Source: a bacterium
GTDB taxonomy: Bacteria; SAR324; NAC60-12
DNA length: 25,199 nt
Assembly (NCBI GenBank): GCA_965233585.1
Contig: CBDDTI010000098.1
Location: 1-25,199, forward strand
Reading direction: 5' to 3'
Both the position numbers and the translations under genes were made by a program. The notes beneath the pieces were generated by a model. The model did no database searches and was not told the DNA's origin. It worked only from the letters and a program-made list of their open reading frames with translations. Shown here piece by piece: positions 18,154 to 25,199 of the stretch (the stretch's first letter is position 1; the number at the start of each line of letters is the position of its first letter).

Positions 18154-18903
18154 ATGCCTGCTCCAAATGAGCGGAGCTCCGGCTGTGAGCATCGGCATAC
18201 GGTGGATGAAATATCTTGCGGGGATTTGGTCTGTATAGACTGCGGTCTTGTACTGGATAAAATCTACCTCTACCCTATGAAGGCTAATCGTGCGACCTGG
18301 AGAGAGAGAATGGCATCTGAGTCCTACTACGACAATAATAAAAAAAATGATCGCATTCATGTGCAAAACTGCATAGATATGATTGAACATATGTGCGGTA
18401 AATGTAACATTGACAGCGAAGATGTCAAAGCTTGCATATTGAAGAAATGGCAGGATTTAGGAAAAATATACAGAAAGAATGTTTGTCAGGAGAGTCTGAT
18501 GCTAGTTTGCATGTACATGACGTTAATCGAAATGAAAGTGCCACGCCCGTTGAATCATTTATGCACCCAGACAAACATAGACCCGAAAAATGTGTGGAAC
18601 TATCTCAAAGCCAACAACTCATTTTACAGGCCGAATTTAATGTGCGAATATTTTCTGCATGACATGAACTTACCATACAAAGACATTGAGCAAATAAGAT
18701 CATTGGTCAAAAAGTTTGAATCAAAGTACGTTTTTTCTCAAAAAACCTTGATTGCGTCGAGCGCCTATATCTATTTAAGAAATCGAGACGCAACTGAGAA
18801 AAAGGCAAAGATCAGCATAAGTCAATTGGCAAAACAATTAGGCGTAAGCTCAACGGCCATGTACAGGTGCATTAAGAAAATTGAATCATCTAGCAGAGCA
18901 TGA
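18154..18903 (+). CDS. TFIIB-like transcription initiation factor, 249 aa
   Basis: Zn ribbon CEH...GDLVCIDCGLVL; reader-like TWR; two cyclin-fold-like repeats (ESLMLVCMY...VPRPL; KTLIASSAY...ISISQLAKQLGVS). Confidence 0.87.
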   Translation: MPAPNERSSGCEHRHTVDEISCGDLVCIDCGLVLDKIYLYPMKANRATWRERMASESYYDNNKKNDRIHVQNCIDMIEHMCGKCNIDSEDVKACILKKWQDLGKIYRKNVCQESLMLVCMYMTLIEMKVPRPLNHLCTQTNIDPKNVWNYLKANNSFYRPNLMCEYFLHDMNLPYKDIEQIRSLVKKFESKYVFSQKTLIASSAYIYLRNRDATEKKAKISISQLAKQLGVSSTAMYRCIKKIESSSRA

Positions 18904-19334
18904 ATTTCCACCGAGGTGCGCCTATTCAACAGGGTGCAGGTTTAGGTTCTATCTTCAGTGGGCTTTTTAGAACGCTGGTGCCTGTAGCTAAGACTGCGGC
19001 AAAAACTGTAGGCAAAATTGCGAAAAGCAAAGGAGTCAGGTCAGCAGGAAGATACTTGAAGAAGGAGGCCACTCGAGCAGCTCTTGACTCAGCTTTAGAG
19101 GCGCTGGAGGGGAAAAAAGTCGGCACCGCGGCAAAAAGGAGACTAAAAACTGCCACGAAAAATATTCTGCTAGCAGGCAAGGGAGTTGAAGCTCCTTATG
19201 CAAGGGAGAGAGGCACCAAGAGGAAGAATGTCAAATTCCAAATGGGAAATGCCAAAAGAAGAAGAAAAAAAATAGAACAGAAACCGCTTTTTGACGACGA
19301 CGATGACCACTACGACGAAGACGACGATTACTAA
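18900..19334 (+). CDS. 144-aa basic protein with N-terminal QxGxGLG plus amphipathic helix (Polinton-type putative core protein)
   Basis: IQQGAGLGSIFSGLFRTLVP, Lys/Arg/Ala-rich body, acidic tail. Confidence 0.8.
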   Translation: MNFHRGAPIQQGAGLGSIFSGLFRTLVPVAKTAAKTVGKIAKSKGVRSAGRYLKKEATRAALDSALEALEGKKVGTAAKRRLKTATKNILLAGKGVEAPYARERGTKRKNVKFQMGNAKRRRKKIEQKPLFDDDDDHYDEDDDY

Positions 19335-20409
19335 AGAGGAGTTTATGGATGCTTACGCATCACCAGGAACACCTTTGGCCTTTTCATCGCCTTACCGTGT
19401 TTACAAACATTTCCAGGGGGCCATACCGTTGAAGACTATTAAAAAATGGATGCACGGCTTGGACAGCTACACATTGCACAAACAAGCAAGAGCGCCCAGA
19501 CCGAGAAACCCTACCTACGCCTACAACAAGAGGTATCAGTTTCAAATCGACTTGATCGAACTAGGGCGGTTAGCCGAGGCCAATGATGGGCATCGCTTCT
19601 TGTTAACGGTGATTGACATATTTACCAGATTTGCTTTCGTAGAGCCCCTCAAAAACAAAACAGCACCGGCTTTCTTGGAGGGATTCAAAGCAATCATGTC
19701 AAGAGCTGAGCAATTTCCGCAAAAAATTTTAGCTGACAGAGGTTCCGAGATAAAGAACAAATTGTTCAGAGACTACTGTCGGCAAAATAACGTTCGTCTT
19801 CTGCACAGCGACAACTTTGTGCATGCACCATTCGTGGAAAGATTTAACCGGACGTTAAAAACACTGATGTACAAATACATGACGGCAAAAGAGACGGATA
19901 GATTCATCGACGTGCTGCAACCGTTGGTGAACACCTATAATTTACGTACACATAGGATGATTGGTATGTCACCTGCCCAGGCCGAAAATGAAGAAAACGC
20001 TCATTTGATTAGAAGGAAACAGGAGGAGCGTTATTCGGAAAAATCCAGACGACCACCCAGATTTAAGAAAGGACAGACCGTGAGAGTGAGTAAACTGAAG
20101 GGACAATTTGATAAGGGATATGATGAGCAATTCCTTGAGGAGATTTATAAGATTAAAAGAGTATTCACACGCCTGCCCATTCCCACCTACGAGTTAGAGA
20201 CGTTGGATGGGGATGAGACGATTGAGGGGAATTTTTACGGAAACGAATTAACTTTAACGGAAGTGCCGAAAGTCTTTAAGATTGAAAAGATTCTGAAAAG
20301 GAGAAAGGACAAAACTAGCGGACAAAAGCTGGTTTACGTGAAGTGGAAGGGATATAGAAACCCGAGTTGGATTCCAGAGCGAGATGTGATAAATTTGAAC
20401 CAATCGTGA
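19303..20409 (+). CDS. Retroviral-like (rve) DDE integrase with C-terminal chromodomain
   Basis: FQIDL, LTVIDIFTRFA, ADRGSE, VERFNRTLK; chromo-like FKIEKILKRR...YVKWKGY..PSWIP; ATG at 19303 or 19345. Confidence 0.96.
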   Translation: MTTTTKTTITKEEFMDAYASPGTPLAFSSPYRVYKHFQGAIPLKTIKKWMHGLDSYTLHKQARAPRPRNPTYAYNKRYQFQIDLIELGRLAEANDGHRFLLTVIDIFTRFAFVEPLKNKTAPAFLEGFKAIMSRAEQFPQKILADRGSEIKNKLFRDYCRQNNVRLLHSDNFVHAPFVERFNRTLKTLMYKYMTAKETDRFIDVLQPLVNTYNLRTHRMIGMSPAQAENEENAHLIRRKQEERYSEKSRRPPRFKKGQTVRVSKLKGQFDKGYDEQFLEEIYKIKRVFTRLPIPTYELETLDGDETIEGNFYGNELTLTEVPKVFKIEKILKRRKDKTSGQKLVYVKWKGYRNPSWIPERDVINLNQS

Positions 20410-20413
20410 AATT

Positions 20414-21940
20414 ATGGACGGGCACATCATTTACTGCATTTCTAACGCTAGCACAGATTTTTACGAAAACACATTGACCAGCTTTACAAACTTTTTCCCC
20501 AAAAACTTCGAATTTGTTAAAAGGCATTGGGAAATTGGAGTCTCGGCATTCGGTCTTGATTTAAACATCAAGGAAAATTTAGAAACGGACGTGATTCAGA
20601 TTAAGTCAGACATCACAGCTTTTACTGAAGCTGGGTATTCTTCAATTCTGTACACAACCCGCTTGCCTTCTTTGAGAAAACAGGAATACTTTTATCACAG
20701 CGTGAAAAATATTAAATATTTCCCGTTGCGCAACACATCCATAAAGTCAATAAAGTTGGAAATCATTGACGCAGCGGAAGAAAGATTAAAACTCAAATCA
20801 GGTCAGCCTACCATAGTTCAATTCCATTTGCGCAGAAGGGTGAAGAAGATGCTTACAAACCACGTGCAGATTGACTCGAAAATGGATGATGGCCTAAATT
20901 CTCAGCAAAAAAATAATAATTTCGAGGTTCATTTAAAAAAGCCCATTTATTTGAAGCACGGAGCAAAAATTGCTTTGACCGACATTTCCTTCCCCAACAG
21001 CATTAGCAACATACCCGAATTTGTGCCTGAGAAGAAAATTGTGGTTTCCTCCAAGCCTTTTAGTTTTGAAATTGATATCCTCCCTAGTGCGAATGAAGAT
21101 CCGAGGATGCGCAGACTTTTAGGAGAATACATAGAATTTACATACCCAATCAAAGGAGGAAAACAACATTTCGGAATAAATTACATTGCCAAATTCTACC
21201 AAACAGACACATTTGAACCGCCAAAAGTTAAACTTGAATTCACAAACCAAACAAGAAATTTATATGGTATAGAAGGAGATGTCACAGTGAGCGAAGGTGA
21301 AAATTTTGTGACATCAGAACCCGTATTAGACACCGGCATCTTTACTCACAAAGTCCGAATTACAATAGAGCCTTTCAGAGGTTATTTCACCGTGAAAAAG
21401 GGAAATTGCTCGACCCCGGACTGCATAATTCAAAACCTTGTTTCGAATCTGGACCTGAATCTCGCAATGTTAGTGGAGATTCACAATCATCAAGGTCATC
21501 TTAGAATCAAACAGACTAGCGAGGCCAACAGACGCAATCTACTAGCCAGATTGGAAATACCAAGCGAAATGAAAAAATTGCTCGGACTCGAGCAAAATGA
21601 CACTGCTGATTTAGATGAAGAAACCCGCCAATTCACAAGCAGGCATCCCCTTGACTTGAACGCTCTTTATCCTGGAGTGATGGTGTGCTACACAGATTTT
21701 GTCAGTCACTCAATTATAGGAGACCGGTTTTATCCTGTGTTTAAAATGATTCCTCTACCAAAAATTACAGAAAATGATAATTATGTATCCGTTCATTTCA
21801 AGAATTTTGAATTTTTAAAATGTAACACGACTCGTCTGGATAAATTACGATTTCAATTGAAAAGACTCGATGGAGGATTTATTGATTTTTATGACAACAA
21901 AAAAATTATAATGAATTTAGCCATACAAAATCCGAAATAA
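20414..21940 (+). CDS. Minor capsid (penton-like single jelly-roll) protein, 508 aa, apparently two tandem domains
   Basis: SNAS.DFYENTLTSFT...WEIGV; second start-like motif NNNFEVHLKKPIYL...IALTDISFPNS; C-terminal YTDFVSHSIIGD...RFQLKRLDG. Confidence 0.78.
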   Translation: MDGHIIYCISNASTDFYENTLTSFTNFFPKNFEFVKRHWEIGVSAFGLDLNIKENLETDVIQIKSDITAFTEAGYSSILYTTRLPSLRKQEYFYHSVKNIKYFPLRNTSIKSIKLEIIDAAEERLKLKSGQPTIVQFHLRRRVKKMLTNHVQIDSKMDDGLNSQQKNNNFEVHLKKPIYLKHGAKIALTDISFPNSISNIPEFVPEKKIVVSSKPFSFEIDILPSANEDPRMRRLLGEYIEFTYPIKGGKQHFGINYIAKFYQTDTFEPPKVKLEFTNQTRNLYGIEGDVTVSEGENFVTSEPVLDTGIFTHKVRITIEPFRGYFTVKKGNCSTPDCIIQNLVSNLDLNLAMLVEIHNHQGHLRIKQTSEANRRNLLARLEIPSEMKKLLGLEQNDTADLDEETRQFTSRHPLDLNALYPGVMVCYTDFVSHSIIGDRFYPVFKMIPLPKITENDNYVSVHFKNFEFLKCNTTRLDKLRFQLKRLDGGFIDFYDNKKIIMNLAIQNPK

Positions 21941-21954
21941 AAAAATCATTTATT
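21936..21954. terminator. Back-to-back poly(A) signals between convergent gene blocks
   Basis: AATAAA on + at 21936-21941 overlapping the penton stop; AATAAA on - at 21949-21954 just after the 21969 stop. Confidence 0.6.
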
Positions 21955-21968
21955 TCCACAATGTGTTT

Positions 21969-22241
21969 TTAGTTCGCATTCCTAACAAGGCAACTATTCG
22001 AAACATTTAAGCCGGTGGAATTGAAAGGTCCGGAGTGTGCGAGTTTATTCATTGTATGGGTTACGGTGCTTTTTGTGCGCAACACAGCACTGGTTAGATC
22101 GGAAAAAAATTGAACAAATCCCATCAAAGAACACTCCATGAGAAGAAGCACCAAACAAAGGGCAAGTATCCACTTCGCTCTTGAGGACATTGATAAGGAA
22201 GAGAAAAGTGTTTGAAGTCTATTGACCTCTATGGCTTCCAT
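21969..22241 (-). CDS. Small putative membrane protein (~90 aa)
   Basis: Hydrophobic WILALCLVLLLMECSLMGFVQFF; N-x-S/T sequons (NST, NVS) near the C-terminus; start uncertain. Confidence 0.5.
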   Translation of the reverse strand: MEAIEVNRLQTLFSSLSMSSRAKWILALCLVLLLMECSLMGFVQFFSDLTSAVLRTKSTVTHTMNKLAHSGPFNSTGLNVSNSCLVRNAN

Positions 22242-22288
22242 ATCTCGACAATAATGCACATGCTCATATTCATATGGATTCCCTCTTC

Positions 22289-22606
22289 TTATATTCGGGT
22301 AATATTTCTTTGAGAGTCATACTTGGTTAGAAGAAGAGAAATTTCATAATATGTAACGTAGAAAGAGAGTATCAAAACCAGCAGGAAGCCAGCGCACAAA
22401 GCCAAACAACCTTGTCTCATAGATTTTAAAAGTGTGTCCATGTCAAGTTTGTGGATTCGGCAAAAAGGAAGTTCATCACGTTCTGAGAATGATCCATAAA
22501 CTGGTCTTTCATTGACTCTTTGTTGTTTCCTAAAGTTGTATGGTATATTTGACTGCTTGATAATTTCCTTCATTTCGTGCACGTCAAATTGATCCTCTCG
22601 AGACAT
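22289..22606 (-). CDS. Small putative membrane protein (105 aa)
   Basis: ATG ORF, tightly packed; hydrophobic CLALCAGFLLVLILSFYVTYY. Confidence 0.6.
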   Translation of the reverse strand: MSREDQFDVHEMKEIIKQSNIPYNFRKQQRVNERPVYGSFSERDELPFCRIHKLDMDTLLKSMRQGCLALCAGFLLVLILSFYVTYYEISLLLTKYDSQRNITRI

Positions 22607-22623
22607 ATCCCGTATTTTTAAGC

Positions 22624-23172
22624 TTAGAAAATTTCCAAATTCAGAAGATTCTTTAGTTCCTTCCCCGTCTTCACGTATTGCTTATGCATTTGACGGATTT
22701 TTATGACACTATTTTTTAATTCAGCACTATTTAAGCTCTTTCCACCTGATTGAACAGATTCTTCGTAAGCCACATCAAGATGCCAGACAAGGGTACTTAT
22801 TGCATGTGCAGCGTTATCAATCCGATCTTTTAGACAACTTAGCGGAGAAGGAATTATTGGAGGTAATTGAACAGGTAGACTAATTCTATTTTCATTCGTC
22901 TTACGAACGGGAGAATGGACGTGTTTATATTGTTCCATAGGATAAATTCCACATTCGTCTATGGCTTGTTTGAGAGGATCGTTGAAATCCAAGGCTTGAG
23001 ATGGCGGGAAATAATCAGGAAGCGGGTGAAATGATTGAGATGCGGGGAAAGGCGAGTTGGCATCGGAAGCATCGATCGTTGATTTTTCCTGAACAGTGTT
23101 TTCAGATGATTTCCGATTACAAAACTTCCTTTCAGCAGATTTTACATCGCTTAATCTTTTAAACATGTTCAC
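22624..23172 (-). CDS. Hypothetical protein (182 aa), Pro-rich middle and helical C-terminus
   Basis: ATG ORF just inside the right TIR, co-oriented with two downstream ORFs. Confidence 0.65.
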   Translation of the reverse strand: MNMFKRLSDVKSAERKFCNRKSSENTVQEKSTIDASDANSPFPASQSFHPLPDYFPPSQALDFNDPLKQAIDECGIYPMEQYKHVHSPVRKTNENRISLPVQLPPIIPSPLSCLKDRIDNAAHAISTLVWHLDVAYEESVQSGGKSLNSAELKNSVIKIRQMHKQYVKTGKELKNLLNLEIF

Positions 23173-23308
23173 TCCTCCAAACCTATCTCACAAATGACAG
23201 AAAAATTGAAGTTTGAAGGTTTTTTATTCAGTCATTCTCAGTCACACACACACAAACTACAAGTTGAAACTTGAATTACTTAAAATTGAGCAAGAAGGAT
23301 AAATTTTT

Positions 23309-23862
23309 GATTGAACTAAAACTTTTTCTTCAGTCTGTGATACCGGACTGCATCGAGCTGAATGTAGACCGAATTCATCTCGATGCAAACCGAATTCATC
23401 TCAATGTAGACTGAAATCATCTCGATGTAGACCGAATTCATCTCGATGTAAACCGAATTCATCTCGATGTAAACCGAATTCATCTCAATGCAAGCCGAAT
23501 TCATCTCAATGTAGACCGAATTCATCTCGATGTGAACCGAATTCATCTCAATGTAGACTGAAAGCACCTCAATGTAATTTACATTGAGGTGAAATGAGAT
23601 GCTTTGAGGCTGAAAGCATCTCAATGTAATTTACATTGAGGTGAAATGAGATGCTTTGAGGCTGAAAGCATCTCAATGTAATTTACATTGAGGTGAAATG
23701 AGATGCTTTGAGCTGCATTCAGATGCCATTTCAATTGCAACAAGCTGCTTTCCATCTGCAATGAGATGAAAACAGATGCATTTGAGATGATTTGAGCTGC
23801 TTTCAGATGCTTTCAGCCTGAAAGCATCTCATTTGAGCTTCATGCTACCCGGTTTCTATACA
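23309..23862 (-). repeat. Right terminal inverted repeat (~554 bp), with 9 units of the 21-mer (23361-23560) and 3 units of the 52-mer (23557-23712)
   Basis: Reverse complement of 501-984 with one extra unit in each array. Confidence 0.95.
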
Positions 23863-25199
23863 ACAGTTATTGCATATGAGGCCTCTGAACACACCTTACC
23901 TCTATTGTTTGTCCCACGCTTGTGAGGACCTTAGGAGGCAGAATGTTTAACCCTGCCTTTCCTTCAAGGACAGCGGGAAAGAGTAACTAGCTTTTTAACT
24001 GTGTGAGTTCTGTCAAGCACGCAATATGAGTGTGACTTTATCACCTGTGTCATGATTTTGTTAAAAAGCAGTAACTTACATTTCACATGAGGTGTTCTCT
24101 CTTTCAGAGGAATTTGGACAATCAAGGAGAACAGTCATGAAGATTCTTCTACTTTTTTGCACTTTATGGAGTTCCATATACATTGATCCTTCTGATGGGG
24201 GAACTTTTAGTAAGTATAATTACTAAGTTAGATTCTTCTTTCCTTGCTTCATTGGTTGAATAATATGTTTGGGCCATGAGCAGGATAAGCCTATAGCCAT
24301 TTCCATGATGCAATGCCACGTTAGGTCCCCAAGGGTACCAAGAATGAAATGAACTGGATGTAATGAAAAAACTGCCATTGAAAGGCTGGGGATCGAACCC
24401 GGAACATGATTGCATTTCATGCAAAAAATGCAATAATTATTTCTTTAGCTACCAAACACTGTGAAGTCAACAGATGGCTCTGTAAGTCAGAAGGCTAAAT
24501 CAGAAAGGTTTAATCCTTGATGATTTCAAGGTGTTAGACTGATTTTTTACACTCTCATTTAGTTTTAATACTTTTGGCATATACTTTTCAAGCAAAATTA
24601 AAATGTTTTTGACATCTCCCTATCAGAATAACTTCTGTAGGATTGATTATCTCTTCAAAATCATTTCTGAAGTCACATGGCTTCATATAAAATATTCCAA
24701 AATGTGCATGCATTCAATAAGGCTGTGCAGGGTGAAACTTTGCCAAAAAATTAATAAGCATGCATGCAGGTTTATTAGATAGGACATAGTAGTTGGATGG
24801 TTGTGAGAGTATTTTTTACGTTATGGATATTCAAATTCCCTGGGATTTGAAAGAAATTCTGACTCCCACCAGAAAGTAATTTTTCCCATCTTATAGAGCA
24901 ATCTTCCATTTTCCAGTCCCCTAGGGGATGGTATATTACTACATTAATTGTTGTTACTGATAGCATTTTCCACAGGTATATATTTTTTTTGACTTAATAC
25001 CTGCCAAAATTTTGCACCTGGAGTAATATATATTTCCCAAAATGGCCGGCATTTTCTTCCCGTGGTAAAAATTTCCACCAAAGGGGAATCGTATTTCCAA
25101 TAGGCAATTTCCCTTCTGGAATGAAGCGAGGGGTGTAGGGAACTTGCATGAGGGAATTATGATTCCCCGAGGGTGGAGGCTTTCTCCAAGGGAACAAAA

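Larger units (their letters stand above)
501..23862. mobile_element. Polinton/Maverick (adintovirus-like) endogenous virus, apparently full length
   Basis: Long TIRs (TGTATAGAAACCGGGTAGCATG at 501; exact reverse complement ends at 23862) enclosing pPolB, rve integrase, ATPase, cysteine protease, and major and minor capsid genes. Confidence 0.96.

Noticed and set aside
24384..24405. Minus-strand GGTTCGATCCCC, a tRNA T-loop/B-box-like sequence in the host flank
   Set aside because: No cloverleaf or convincing A box; at most a degraded SINE fragment
24164..25197. Short ORFs and GGAA/TTCC-rich patch in the right flank
   Set aside because: No recognisable domains; possibly a host repeat truncated by the window edge that I cannot classify

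Overview
The window holds one apparently complete ~23.4 kb Polinton/Maverick (adintovirus-like) endogenous DNA virus at 501-23862, inserted in AT-rich eukaryotic host DNA. It is bounded by ~0.5 kb repeat-rich terminal inverted repeats. It encodes the expected core: a protein-primed PolB (split here by four clear GT-AG introns plus a MITE), packaging ATPase, adenain-like cysteine protease, rve integrase with chromodomain, capsid proteins and two QxG-motif small basic proteins. Main unusual features: (1) adjacent TBP-like and TFIIB-like genes, i.e. an element-encoded basal transcription-initiation module with no RNA polymerase, plus a spliced gene with a possible PC4-like C-terminus; (2) a basic Zn-finger protein with five repeated PxVxL (HP1-binding consensus) motifs; (3) two diverged major capsid paralogues and a minor capsid ORF that seems to hold two penton domains; (4) a TTA/TAA-flanked MITE in polB whose removal as a GT-AG intron would restore the exact protein (introner-like). 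All product calls come from motif recognition by eye; no database searches were run.
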